From Eledone cirrhosa (taxonomy: Eukaryota), in the NCBI GenBank assembly GCA_964016885.1, contig OZ024749.1, positions 7,378,001-7,442,000 on the forward strand: 64,000 bases of DNA, written 5' to 3'. A program made the translations under genes and the position numbers. The notes below the pieces were generated by a model that saw only the letters and a list, made by a program, of their open reading frames with translations, did no database searches and had not been told where the DNA came from. Shown here piece after piece: positions 1 to 16,261 of this stretch (the stretch's first letter is position 1; every line of letters starts with the position of its first letter).

Positions 1-57
1 CTACACTCAGAGAAATTTAACTCTAATTTAAATTTTTTAAATGTTTATTCATATATA

Positions 58-241
58 ATTGTTTCTACTTCAGGCACAAGGCCAGCAATTACTCAGTGCA
101 TTACGGCTACTTTATTTTATCGACCCCGTAAGGATGAAAGGCAAAGTCAACCTCGGCGGGATTTGAACTCAAATCGCAAAGGGACGTAACTATGCTGGAA
201 AGCATGGCGTCCGACCCTCTACCGATACTGCCAATCCACAA
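58..241 (-). mobile_element. tRNA-derived SINE (dominant family in the window)
   Basis: Minus strand: A-box TGGCAGTATCGG, B-box GAGTTCAAATCC, body gcctttcatccttacggggtcgataaaataaag, tail ggccttgtgcctgaagtagaaacaatt; many copies in the window. Confidence 0.85.
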
Positions 242-464
242 TACATGGCTGCCATTGTTATTGTTGTTATTGTAGTTAATACTGGGATTTGTTGCAGTTC
301 TTTTAGTTATTACTTAGTCAGGGAGAGAGTGATATCATTCATGACTCAGTTCTAGGCCAGGCACCTTAAGAGAACGTGGAGCTAAACTGACAGATCCGTA
401 ACCAAATAACACGAGGCATTTCGTCCGACAACCTAATGATTCTGCCAAAACACTGCATTGCTTC

Positions 465-620
465 ATGGACAGACCCCGAGTAAGATAGTTAGCTAACATC
501 CATGAGATTGGCTGGTCACGCTTGGGGATCCAGTCGGATCAGTTAGAGACGGTTGCTTCTGACAGGATGCACTGGATGGAGTGTTTGAGGACTCTGCCCC
601 CACGACCCTCTCAGGAATAA
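465..620 (+). mobile_element. RTE-clade (Expander/Rex3-like) LINE 3' fragment
   Basis: Translates to ...WSRLGIQSDQLETVASDRMHWMECLRTLPPRPSQE*, matching the RTE C-terminal LAW.RLG...LPPRP pattern. Confidence 0.65.
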
Positions 621-1205
621 GTGAGGGAAGAAGAAGACAGGGAAGGGAAGTTGGTGTCTATAATTTACATTTTCAGGGCCTTCAAGAACGGTGGGAGGAA
701 GGGAGCAAGTTATATCAAAACAAAAAGCTAACCCAACTATTTTCCAATAGCATAAGCTCCTTAATATATATATAATATATATAATATATATATATATATA
801 ATATATAATATATATATATATATATATATAATATATATAATATATATAATATATATATATATAATATATAATATATATATATATATATAATATATATAAT
901 ATATATAATATATATATATATAATATATATATATATATAATATATAATATATATATATATATAATATATAATATATATATAGTAATAATAATAAATTTGA
1001 AGACTAAAATCCAAAGAGGGCTCGATAAGGATAGATATATATCAGCGAACGTTTCCACGAACCAAAGTATCGTCTTCCTCCGGTTGCAACGTTTTTTGAA
1101 ATATCCAGTTCTGCGTTTACAGATTGACTTTGTTAGTTTCAGAAGATCCCGTTAAGGCTGAAAGCAGCGATTCTTTGCTTAAACTTTAATCTGTTATTTT
1201 AATAA

Positions 1206-1293
<88 letters not shown>

Positions 1294-1300
1294 TATATAC

Positions 1301-1360
<60 letters not shown>

Positions 1361-1361
<1 letters not shown>

Positions 1362-1493
1362 ACGAAGGAAATGTGGTAAGGAACCAGGTGGACCATAACG
1401 CACCAAAGTACTCAATACTTGAGGTAGTAGAGTGGATAATAGGAACCAGTAAGACCCCGACAGCTGAGCTCAGCTGTCGGGGTCTTACTGGTT

Positions 1494-1498
<5 letters not shown>
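1361..1498 (-). mobile_element. Short (TA)n-embedded dispersed repeat ending in a perfect 60-bp palindrome (1439-1498); probable PLE pLTR fragment
   Basis: ataggaaccagtaagaccccgacagctgag|ctcagctgtcggggtcttactggttcctat; further copies at 58012-58109 and 58154-58263. Confidence 0.7.
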
Positions 1499-3033
<1,535 letters not shown>

Positions 3034-3509
3034 TTCACGCCCAGGTAAAAAAACAACAACAAAAAATTCTACAATTTAGATCACCGTTGACTTTACTGAG
3101 TTCCTACCCCCGTTGCCGGGTTCTGTATTTCACCGGGAGGGTGTCCAAATACCACCCTCCTCACCAAGCAAGCTTGCTGAGGGTTGCCAGTTTAGTCGCC
3201 GACGGCCCGACCATGAGACAAGTTGTACTGAGTTACATGTTACCAGTAGCATTCGAGAGCGACATGACATACCCTGCTAGGAATTGCGACCAGTAAATAG
3301 TATCCCCAATGGAAACATTGTTTCCTTGGTCCAACATGTCAAGTGGCACCCCACGTGACAGAATGAGATCTGGGATTGATCAATCGATAGATGTGATACC
3401 AAAAGGACTAGGAAATCAAACTGATTGAACAGATCTAGGATGTAATCAACCAAACAGCATGGTTTCCATTCGGTTCCAAGATGGGGGGGTGGGGGTCATT
3501 ATGATAGGT

Positions 3510-3737
3510 AAGGGTGGTGGAGTGCCGGGAATGGGTAGAGCATCTGACAATATGCTTTATGGCATAGAGTTACGGCTCTTTTCACATTTTGTGTACAAAC
3601 CCCACCGAGGTTAGCTTTGCCTTCCATCCTTAAGGGGTCGATAAAAAAAAGTACCAGTAAGGTACTAGGGTTGATTAATCGACTCCCCTCCCCTCCTCCC
3701 AAATTGCTGGTCTTGTGCCTAAATCAAAAACCATTAC
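3510..3737 (+). mobile_element. SINE, same family, diverged
   Basis: Shared body and tail sequence. Confidence 0.75.
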
Positions 3738-4345
3738 TGACAGGGACAAATAGAAGAAACAGAAGATAAATGAAGTAATTTTCGGCAGAGATGTGAAACA
3801 GTTTTGCTGATTCTTCTTGTCGTAATGTTGTTTCCTTATATTTTACTGGAATGTCCACAACATTGTAATCGATATATTAGACTGTGTACAGTATTATATC
3901 GATCACATGACAATTACTGTGAACTATTATTGTTCTTTCGAGAGACATTTATCAGAATTACACAGTAACAAGTGATATTACTGTGGAGAAAATATAGAAT
4001 AAATCCGGAGCTTAGGAGATATTTCATGTTTATGTACAGCAGATAGTGTCATCATTGCATATACATATATATACATATATATACATATATATACATATAA
4101 ATTTACATTATATACATATATATACATATATACACACACATATATATATATATATACATACATACACATACACACATACACACGCACACACATATATATA
4201 TATATATATTCATACACACATATACATACTTATATATATACACACATATATACATATATATATATATACACACAATATATATATATATACAGTGTGTGTA
4301 TGTATATATATATATGTATGTATGTATATATATATATTGTGTGTG

Positions 4346-4384
<39 letters not shown>

Positions 4385-4466
4385 ATGTATATATATATCT
4401 ATGTATGTATATGTATATATATATCTATGTATATGTATATATATATATATATGTATATATGTATAT

Positions 4467-4524
<58 letters not shown>

Positions 4525-4734
4525 GTATATATATATATATGTATATGTATATATGTGTGTATATATATCTATATATATGTGTGTGTGTGTTGGCTGGAAG
4601 GTACATAGGCTGACTACGAAGCAGTAATGCTAGAGCTGCGAAATCTTCTTATTAATAACTTCATTGTTTCTTTCCAAGGTCTTTGTTGGAAAATAAACCT
4701 CATTTGGTCATTCCATGTGTTGAGAGAGGGGGGC

Positions 4735-5326
4735 AGATAGAGAGAGGGATAAGTAGAGACATCCATGAAGGGAGGGGGAAGAGGGAGGGATCTGTAGAGT
4801 CTTCCATGAAGGGAGGGGGAGAAGAGAGATAAGTAGAGACATCCATGAAAGGAGGGGGACGAGAGAGATAAGTAGAGACATCCATGAAGGGAGGGGGACG
4901 AGAGAGATAAGTAGAGACTTCCATGAAGGGAGGGGGAGGAGAGAGATAGGTAGAGACTGCCTTTACCATGAAGGGAGGGGGAGGAGAGAGATAGGTAGAG
5001 ACTTCCATGAAGGGAGGGGGAGGAGAGAGATAGGTAGAGACTTCCATGAAGGGAGGGGGAGGAGAGAGATAGGTAGAGACTTCCATGAAAGGAGGGGGAG
5101 GAGAGAGATAGGTAGAGACTTCCATGAAGGGAGGGGGAGGAGAGAGATAGGTAGAGACTTCCATGAAGGGAGGGGGAGGAGAGAGATAGGTAGAGACTTC
5201 CATGAAAGGAGGGGGAGGAGAGAGATAGGTAGAGACTTCCATGAAGGGAGGGGGAGGAGAGAGATAGGTAGAGACTTCCATGAAGGAGGGGGAGGAGAGA
5301 GATAGGTAGAGACTGCCTTTACCATG
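4735..5326. repeat. 39-bp purine-rich minisatellite (~15 copies)
   Basis: Unit ccatgaagggagggggaggagagagataggtagagactt. Confidence 0.95.
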
Positions 5327-5404
5327 TCCAGATTTAACTCGAGATTTTATTATGGATTTCTCGAAATTATTTCATATTTGCTTGCCTCTCTATATTATAT
5401 GTGT

Positions 5405-5673
5405 ATGTATATAAATATATATATAATATATATTATATATATATATATAATATATATATAATATATATAATATATATAATATATATAATGTATATAATAT
5501 ATATAATATATATATATATAATATATATATATATAATATATATATATATATAAATATATATATATATATTTATATATATATATATATAATATATATAATA
5601 TATATATATATAATATATATATATATAATATATATATATATATTTATATATATATATATAATATATATATATA

Positions 5674-5708
<35 letters not shown>

Positions 5709-6175
5709 TTATTAAAATAAGAGATTAAAGTTTAACCAAAAAATAGCTGCTATCACCCTTAACGGGATCTTCTGAAACTAACATAGTCAATACGTCTTAT
5801 CGAGCCCTCTTTGGATTTTAGTCTACAAATTTATTATTATTACTATATATGTATATATATCTATATATATAATATAAATATATATATAATATAAATATAT
5901 ATATAATATATATATAATATATATATAATATATATAAATATATAATCTATATATATAATATATATATAATATATATATATATTATATATATATAATATAT
6001 ATATATAATATATATATATAATATATATATATATATTGTTATACTTTGGGAGGGTCATGTTGCCAATAAGAATCACACGCACCAGTTGCTTTCACTTCAA
6101 TTTATTATAATAAATTTATAAATTTAGGAATTTATAAATTTCTGGTTGGTTGGTTGGTTCCACAACCAGATAGTT

Positions 6176-6225
<50 letters not shown>

Positions 6226-7019
6226 AATGTATATGACAATATATATATATATATAAACGACTATCTGGTTGTGGAACCAACCAACCAACCAACAGAAATT
6301 TATAAATTCCTAAATTTATAAATTTAGTATAATAAATTGAAGTGAATGCAACTGGTGCGTATGTTTCTTATTGGCAACATGACCCTCCAAAGTATAACAA
6401 TATCGGTTTCAACACACGATTGCAGATAAACAATCTTGCTAAACAAATTCAGAAACGAAATATATATAATATATATAATATATATAATATATATAATATA
6501 TATATAATATATATAATATATATAATATATATATATAATATAAATAATATATATATATAATATAAATAATATATATAATATATATTATTATAATATAAAT
6601 AATATATATAATATATATATATATATAATATAAATAATATATATAATATATATAATATATATATATAATATAAATAATATATATAATATATAATAATATA
6701 TATAATATATATATATAATAATATATATATATAATATAATATATATTAAATATATATAATATATATTATATATATATATAATATATATAATATATATATA
6801 TAATATATATAATATATATAATATATATATAATATATATATATAATATATTATAATATATATAATATATATAATATATAATATATATAATAATATATATA
6901 ATATATATAATATATATAATATATATATATAATATATATAATATATGTAATATATATATATAATATATATAATATATATATATAATATTATATATATATA
7001 ATATATATATATATATAAT

Positions 7020-7053
<34 letters not shown>

Positions 7054-8046
7054 ATATATATATATATTTATATATTATATATATAAATTATATATATATT
7101 ATATATATATATATATATATTATATATAATATATATATATAATATATATAATGTAATATATATAATATATATAATATATATATATATATAATATATATAA
7201 AATATATATATAATATATATAATATATATATATATATAATATATATAAAATATATATATAATATATATAATATATATATATATAATATCTATAATATATA
7301 TATATATAATATATATAAAATATATATATATAATATATATAAAATATATATATATAATATATATAATATATATATATATAATATATATAAAATATATATA
7401 TATAATATATATAAAATATATATATATAATATATATAAAATATATATATATAATATATATAAAATATATATATATAATATATATAAAATATATATATATA
7501 ATATATATAAAATATATATATATAATATATATAAAATATATATATATAATATATATAAATATATATATATAATATATATAAAATATATATATATAATATA
7601 TATAAAATATATATATATAATATATATAAAATATATATATATAATATATATAAAATATATATATATAATATATATAAAATATATATATATAATATATATA
7701 AAATATATATATATAATATATATAAAATATATATATATAATATATATAAAATATATATATATATATAATATATATATATATAATATATATAAAATATATA
7801 TATATAATATATATAAAATATATATATATTATATATATAATATATATATAATATATATAATATATATAAAATATATATATATTATATATATAATATATAT
7901 ATAATATATATATATAATATATGTAATATATATATATATATAATATATATAATATATATAATGTATATATATATAATATATATATATATAATATATATAA
8001 TGTATATATATATAATATATATATATATAATATATATATATAATAT

Positions 8047-8078
<32 letters not shown>

Positions 8079-8138
8079 ATATATATATATATAATATATA
8101 TATATAATATATATATATATAATATATATATATAATAT

Positions 8139-8171
<33 letters not shown>

Positions 8172-8227
8172 GTAATATATATATATATATATATTATATA
8201 TTGATAATATATATATATATATATATA

Positions 8228-8274
<47 letters not shown>

Positions 8275-8328
8275 ATATATATATAATATATATATAATAT
8301 ATATATATAATATATATATATATATAAT

Positions 8329-8379
<51 letters not shown>

Positions 8380-8490
8380 TATATTTATATATATATAATA
8401 TATATAATATATATATATATATAATAAATATATATATATAATATATATAATATATATATATATATAATAAATATATATATATAATATATA
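5405..8490. repeat. Complex (TA)n/TAA microsatellite field with a ~27-29-bp sub-repeat at ~7180-7880
   Basis: Nearly pure A/T; recurring atataaaatatatatatataat. Confidence 0.95.
6036..6460. mobile_element. Inverted pair of solo PLE pseudo-LTR fragments (6036-6180 minus; 6254-6460 plus) around a (TA)n spacer
   Basis: Both arms match 21870-22012 and are reverse complements of each other with a few substitutions and indels. Confidence 0.88.
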
Positions 8491-9508
8491 TTTATTAAAA
8501 TAACAGATTAAAGTTTAAGCAAAGAATCGCTGCTTTCAGCCTTAACGGGATCTTCTGAAACTAACAAAGTCAATCTGTAAACGCAGAAGTGGATATTTCG
8601 AAAAACGTTGCAACCGGAGAAAGACACGAAGACGATACTTTGGTTCGTGGAAACGTTCGCTGGCAAAGAACGGGAAAAAACGAATAAATACGTCATTAAT
8701 AGGAGCGGTGAAAAACAATTACGCTCAAATACATAACCACGTTTATATTACCTGTATGTTTTGTGAAGGTACGTATACCTTCTCGTACCTATATTTGATT
8801 GTATATGTTATGGCGTATAATTTCATATTTTCTGGTACATATGGTTTGGTTATGTGTATGCGGGTGTTTTGCGTCTGTGTGAGTATGCAGGTTCGTACGT
8901 ATGTAGGGTGTGTGTATATGTGTACTTCATGTTTTGGTTGACTTACGTCTCCGAACATTTGTGTATTTACATGTAGGTATGTGTGTGTGCTTGTTATATA
9001 CGTATTTATTTATTTATATACGTTTATTTAATTATTTATTTATTTGTATACACGAATACACACACACACATATTTATATGTGCGTGGTTTTGTATACCTA
9101 TGGTAAGTGTTTTCGCGTATGCTTGTGTATGTACGTATTTGTATGTGTGTATGTATTTATTTATTTCTATTACTTCTGTATTGTATTTATTCACTTTGTT
9201 CTTAACTCTGTAGCGGAGATTCATTTGGTCTCCTAGTTAGAATTTTAGTCTACGACTTCTGCTATACCATTTACGTGGTTCTGTCTTTACGTGCAATTGT
9301 TCTCCACGCTCCACATATGACGTATTATCTTCGTTTTTTTTCGTTCATTGCCAGAGAACGTCTCTATGAACCACCTAAGAGAACATTACTCTACGACCTC
9401 TTTTATACCATAAAACGTGGTTCTGTCTTTGCGCGTAATTGTTTTTCACCGCTCCTATTAATGACGTATTATATTCGTTTTTTCCCGTTCTTTGCCAGGG
9501 AACGTTTG
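8490..9508. mobile_element. Non-coding dispersed element with an inverted terminal segment (PLE-like architecture); related copies at ~982-1205 (+), ~5705-5846 (-), ~16010-16215 (+)
   Basis: 8651-8722 is the reverse complement of ~9433-9508. 8495-8660 is the reverse complement of 1043-1205 and 16050-16215. 9274-9361 is a diverged direct repeat of 9416-9506. Copies that retain the terminus end in ttattttaat next to (TA)n. Confidence 0.7.
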
Positions 9509-10529
9509 ATAGGTAGATAGGTAGACAGGTGAGTTAGGTGTCTTGATAGGTAGGTAGATAGATAGATGAGTTAGGTATATTGATAGGTAGGTAGATAGAT
9601 AGATGAGTTAGGTATATTGATAGGTAGATAAGTAGACAGGTGAGTTAGGTATCTTGATAGGTAGATAGGTAGACAGGTGAGTTAGGTATCTTGATAGGTA
9701 GATAGATAGGTAGGAAGATAGAGAGGCAGGTAGATAGGTAGGTAGGTATCTTGATAGGTAGGTAGATAGGTGAGTTTTATAGATACAGAAACAAAGAGGT
9801 AAACTGACATTCAGATAGACAGAGATATAAATATGGCAACATATCATGGCATTGGTAAATTGCTATGTCTACGTGAAAATACGATATCCTGGGAGACTTT
9901 GTGCAATCTAAAGTACTTCTACGTTACTGTAGTTACTTGTAAATCTGTTGTAAGGAATCAGCTATTTCTAGCTTTACCATATACGCCGCCATCTTACAGA
10001 TAGATACGCACTACACACAAATATATACACACACAGCATACACCATGGTCACAAGCACAGCATACACATACAGACATCATGCATTTACACACACAATGAA
10101 CACAAATATACACGCACACAGCATACACCATGCACACACCATGGTCACACACACGGCATACCAATTTAGACACCATGCACACAAATATATACATACACAC
10201 ACACACAGCATGGTCACAAGCACAGCATACACATACAGACATCATGTATTTACACACACAATGCACACAAATACATTCACAGACACATGCACACACCATG
10301 GTCACACACACGGCATACAGACACCACACCATGCATTTACACACAGCATGCAGATACATCCATATACATGCAACATGCACACACGCACAGATGCAATGGT
10401 CAAATGCACAGCATGCATAGAACACTATGCACTTACACACACACACAGCATCCACTCACACCGTGCAGATACACACACAGACACACGCAGACACACAATT
10501 ACCATTCATATATGATATATGATCATTTC

Positions 10530-10815
10530 TTACGGCCTTTGCCATTCTGAGTTCAAATCCGGCCGACGTTAACTTTGCCTTTCATCCTTTCGGGGTCGAT
10601 AAAATAAAGTACCAGTCACACACTGGGGTCAATTTCATCGACACCCCCCCCCCCAATTGCTGGCCTTGTGCCTAAATAAGAAACCATTAGCCATTCTGAG
10701 TTCAAATCCCGCCGAGGTTAACTTTGCCTTTGATCCTTTCGGGGTCGATAAAATAAAGTACCAGTAATACACTGGGGTAATTGCTGGCCTTGTGCCTAAA
10801 GTAGAAACAATTATT
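10530..10815 (+). mobile_element. Two tandem 5'-truncated SINE copies
   Basis: gccattctgagttcaaatcc...ggccttgtgcctaaa occurs twice. Confidence 0.8.
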
Positions 10816-11900
10816 ATCATCATCATCACTACTACCATTAACCCCATCATTACTATCACCAACACCATCACCACTAACACCATCACTATCATCACCACTA
10901 ACTACAACACCATCACTACCATCATCACCATCACCACCATCACCATCAACAACACCATCACCGCCACCATCACTAACACCATCACAAGTTAACCATCACC
11001 ACCATCACTACCACCATCAACACCATCACCATCAACACCATCAACACCATCACTACCACCATAAACACCATCACCAACACCATCACCATCACCATCAACA
11101 ACACCGCCACCATCACTAACACCATCACGACTTACACCATCAACACCATCACCACCACCATCAACAACACCATCACCACCATCACCATCAACAACACCAT
11201 CACCGCCACCATCACTAACACCATCACAAGTTACACCATCACCACCATCACTACCACCATCAACACCATCACCATCAACACCATCAACACCATCACTACC
11301 ACCATAAACACCATCACCAACACCATCACCATCACCATCAACAACACCGCCACCATCACTAACACCATCACGACTTACACCATCAACACCATCACCACCA
11401 CCATCAACAACACCATCACCACCATCACCATCAACAACACCATCACCGCCACCATCACTAACACCATCACAAGTTACACCATCACCACCATCACTACCAC
11501 CATCAACACCATCACCATCAACACCATCAACACCAAACTACCACCATAAACACCATCACCAACACCATCACCATCACCATCAACAACACCGCCACCATCA
11601 CTAACACCATCACGACTTACACCATCAACACCATCACCACCACCATCAACAACACCATCACCACCATCACCATCAACAACACCATCACCACCATCACCAT
11701 CAACAACACCATCACCGCCACCATCACTAACACCATCACAACTTACACCATCACTAACACCATCAACACTAACACCAACAACACCATCACCATCAACAAC
11801 ACCATCACGACTTACACCATCACCACTAATATCAGTACTAACACCATATACACCACCACCATTATCACTACCAAGTCACATGTCATCATCATCATCATCA
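10815..11900. repeat. (CAC/CAT/CAA)n array with a 242-243-bp higher-order unit
   Basis: Marker atcacaagtt at 10981, 11223, 11466. Confidence 0.9.
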
Positions 11901-11989
11901 CTATCACTCTATGTCAGTCCACTCCTTGTTTTATATCCTACCACCTTCACCGCCACCGCCACTATCACTCACATACTACTGTCTTTATA

Positions 11990-12666
11990 TATATTCCTAT
12001 GTGTGTGTTTATGTATTTTCCTATGTGTGTGTTTATGTATTTTCCTGTGTGTGTGTTTATGTATTTTCTTGTGTGTGTGTTTATGTATTTTCTTGTGTGT
12101 GTGTTTATGTATTTTCTTGTGTGTGTGTTTATGTATTTTCTTGTGTGTGTGTTTATGTATTTTCCTGTGTGTGTGTTTATGTATTTTATTGTGTGTGTCT
12201 TTATTTATTTTCCCGTGTGTGTGTTTATGTATTTTCTTGTGTGTGTGTTTATGTATTTTCTTGTGTGTGTGTTTATGTATTTTCCTGTGTGTGTGTTTAT
12301 GTATTTTACTGTGTGTGTCTTTATATATTTTCCCGTGTGTGTGTTTATGTATTTTCTTGTGTGTGTGTTTATGTATTTTCCTGTGTGTGTGTATAAACAC
12401 ACACACAGGAAAATACATAAACACACACACAAGAAAATACATATTTTCTTGTGTGTGTGTATATGTATTTTCCTGTGTGTGTGTTTATGTATTTTCCTAT
12501 GTGTGTGTTTATGTATTTTCCTGTGTGTGTGTTTATGTATTTTCCTGAGTGTGTGTTTATATATTTTCTTGTGTGTGTGTATATGTATTTTCCTGTGTGT
12601 GTGTTTATGTATTTTACTGTGTGTGTTTATATATTTTCCTGTGTGTGTGTGGTTATGTATTTTCCT

Positions 12667-12670
<4 letters not shown>
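11990..12670. repeat. 24-bp minisatellite with internal fold-back inversion
   Basis: Unit tgtgtgtgtgtttatgtattttc(c/t); inverted units at 12393-12442. Confidence 0.95.
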
Positions 12671-12731
<61 letters not shown>

Positions 12732-12940
12732 CCTGCTTATGTGTGTATTTATTCTTGTGTGTGTGTGTGTGTTCGTTTAACAAGTTTTCTCATCTCTGTT
12801 ATCCTCCATTAAATGCATTCTTTAGAATATCCCCCAACATCTGCCAAATACTTAGCAGGATCTGTTGCGGGTCTTCATGTTCTGACTTCAAATCCTGCCC
12901 TCATCGACCTTGGCGTTCATGTATCTTCGTCTTCGTCTAC

Positions 12941-13465
12941 TTATTTCTGAGAAAATCGTTTGGTAGAGTCCTCAAACTCTCCTTCCCCAGTGGTTCCTCT
13001 CAGAACCAACCGTCTCCAATTGATCCTAACTCGTGCAAGCCCGTTGGCGGGCAGCTGAAGACCTGGGCAACGACGATCAAGGAGGACCTCTCCGAACTCT
13101 CAGGTCCGCAGGTGTTCGGCCTGCGCCGATGGAACCGTGACTGGCTCGCTATCTCCAGTGACCTAGCCCAGGACCGTCGTGCGTGGGCTGCCATGGTTCA
13201 GGATGCCGTCAGGACAAGGAAAGAAGCCGGCTCAACCCGTCCAGGGTGAAGGTCGACACAAGTACAAGTAAGTAGTAATTGATCCGTCTAGATCCCCAAA
13301 CGAGACCAGTCGAGCTCATGGATGTTATCTAACCATCTTGTTCGGGCTGTAACCCTGGGTCGCCATGCGGTTGGTTCTGCCCATAAAATCTGTCCATGGA
13401 ATATTTCCTGAGGCATTCTAAGTATTTGCCTATAGTATCAGAGGTGTGATCGCTCAATGACCGAA
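12941..13465 (-). mobile_element. Decayed Expander-like RTE 3' fragment, same family as 465-620, interrupted by a second RTE
   Basis: IERSHL*YYRQILRMPQE...ILWAEPTAWRPR; nucleotide similarity to 480-620 on both sides of the insertion. Confidence 0.65.
13027..13276 (+). mobile_element. 5'-truncated RTE-clade LINE with 9-bp target-site duplication
   Basis: GGQLKTWATTIKEDL...GLRRWNRDWLAISSDLAQDRRAWAAMVQDAV; (CAAGTA)n tail; TSD aattgatcc at 13018-13026 and 13277-13285. Confidence 0.85.
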
Positions 13466-14082
13466 AGAATACGATTACGAATACAAACGGTTGAAATTGG
13501 GTCCTTCCGAAGGGTCCTTAGAGTAATGTTTCCTCGATTGAATGCGCCGCTCCAGTTAGGGCCGCTACTTCTACCAATTGAGAGATCACAGTACCTTCCG
13601 ATTTCGTGAGAATAATGTACCAAACAAGGCATTGGCTTCTTTTAAACTATCCGCTCTTTCAACCTCATTTAAAATTGTTGGATTTGTGGTGACATTTAAG
13701 GAGTTATTGAGGATGGCGTTTCAAGTGGGCTGGATTGAGAGAATCGTAAGAGTGTCCGACGAAATGGTTTGCAGTCTTCCTTCTTGGTTTTTATGTTGTG
13801 TTCAAATCCAGCCAAACTCTGCTATTTATCTTTCTCAAGTACATAGGTCGAGTTACATGTATTTCCCCGCTCCTTAAAGTTGTCGGCCTTGTGTTTAAAG
13901 TAGAAACTATATATAAGCCAGAATTAAACTCCAGTGTTCTCACTCTAACATGTACACTTCAGCACGAAACTTCAGGCCCTGAATAACTGGGGGGTTTAGG
14001 GATTTTAAGTATTTATTACTCTATTCTTCTATTGAGTTATTTTTATTTCTCTCATTCTATTCAAAGAAGCGGAAAATTACAG

Positions 14083-14173
<91 letters not shown>

Positions 14174-14327
14174 CACAATTGAATATATGAGAGGGATGAA
14201 CACCGATACAAGTATACATGTGTTCGAATTGCAAATGGCCAAATTAGCTAGGTTGAAAAAATACTAATTTAAAAGAACGTAGTTCTAACTCAATCTATCA
14301 TATATATATATATATACGTACATCGTC

Positions 14328-14425
<98 letters not shown>

Positions 14426-14473
14426 ATATGTGTGTGTGTGTGTATGTACATATATATATATATCTCATCTGTG

Positions 14474-14539
<66 letters not shown>

Positions 14540-15039
14540 TATATATATATATATGTATGTGTGTATATATATATTATTGGAATGAAGTAAATACATAAGT
14601 TTTTGACTGACCTATTTCAAATATTTCTCCTGAGATTGATGTTAATGAAAATTGCGATAATTAGAAACAATTTATATTTATATTATTATTGGAATATTTT
14701 CTATGTTTTTACCTTTGTTTTTGAATTTTCTTTTTTTTCTGCTCCTTTATACTTATCTATATTTAAGTAAAAATATGTAATTTGCCAGCCACCTGTAATT
14801 AGCTAATTAATTTTACCTATTCCCGTAATATCCATTTCCAATTCTACATTTCAGTCGATCGTTCGATATAGTTTTTGCATAGTTCTATTATTATTTAATT
14901 GTTTGCTATATTTTATTCTATTATTTCACACGATACGTATCATATTCAATGATTTCATGAAAAGTAGAAAGAAACATTTCATGTGTGTAATTATATTGTA
15001 TTGTTTTACGTTCTATTTTAATTATATTGCATATAATGA

Positions 15040-15545
15040 CTATTGTAATATAGTATGGCACTGTACTCTATAGTATGTAGTGTATAGTATAGTATTGTAT
15101 ACTAATATAGAATTGCACTGTACTCTATTGTATGTAGTGTATAGTATAGTATTATAGTATTGTAATATAGTATCGCACTGTACTCTATTGTATGTAGTGT
15201 ATAGTATAGTATTATAGTATTGTAATATAGTATCGCACTGTACTCTATTGTATGTAGTGTATAGTATAGTATTGTAATATAGTATGGCACTGTACTCTGT
15301 AGTATGTAGTGTATAGTATAGTATTGTATACTAATATAGAATTGCACTGTACTCTATTGTATGTAGTGTATAGTATAGTATTTTAATATAGTATCGCACT
15401 GTACTCTATTGTATGTAGTGTATAGTATAGTATTGTACACTAATATAGTATTACAGTGTACACTATTGTATGTAGTGTATAGTATTGTACACTAATATAG
15501 TATTGCATTGTATTGTATGTAGTGTACAATATAGTATTGTAAAGT
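15040..15545. repeat. 52-60-bp minisatellite
   Basis: Unit gcactgtactctattgtatgtagtgtatagtatagtattgtaatatagtatc. Confidence 0.9.
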
Positions 15546-15590
15546 GCGATGATGTATTATATTACATTGTAATCTATATATATAAAACTG

Positions 15591-15696
<106 letters not shown>

Positions 15697-16261
15697 GCGT
15701 GTGCGTGTGCGTGTGTGTCCTCATATTCGCAAATTCTATACAAATTCACATTTCTACTCCGATTGACTTCAAACTTACATTTATATATTCCTTGCGGTCT
15801 AAAGATATTAACTGCAGCTTTTATTTTTCAATTTTCTGTTGTTAAAGGGGTGTTAGGCGGCGGTTATCGATCTCCGTAACGCTCTTATAATTGTTTCTAC
15901 TTTAGGCACGAGACCAGCAATTACCCAGTGCATTACTGGTACTTTATTTTATCGACCCCAATGTCTGTCTGTATGCCTGGCTGTCTGCATTACGACATTC
16001 TGATGAACATTGATGACGTATTATGTTCGTTATTATCCGTTCATTGCCAGGGAACGCCTTCACGAACCAAAGTATCGTCTTCCTGTTTTCCTTCGGTTGC
16101 AACGTTTTTCGAAATATTTACTTCTGCGTCCACAGATTGATGTTTTTAGTTTCAGAAGATCCCATTAAGGGTGAAAGCAACGATTCTTTGCTTAAACTTT
16201 AATCTGTTATTTTAATCTATATATGTATATATATAAATCTGAGGAAGTATGTATGTGTGTA

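Noticed and set aside
4700-5281. Extensin-like (MEVSTYLSPPPPF)n ORF
   Set aside because: 39-bp minisatellite; the frame breaks at the last unit, and there is no signal peptide or splice context
9983-9995. YY1-like motif GCCGCCATCTT
   Set aside because: Single motif next to repeats, followed by only a 19-codon frame; no promoter support
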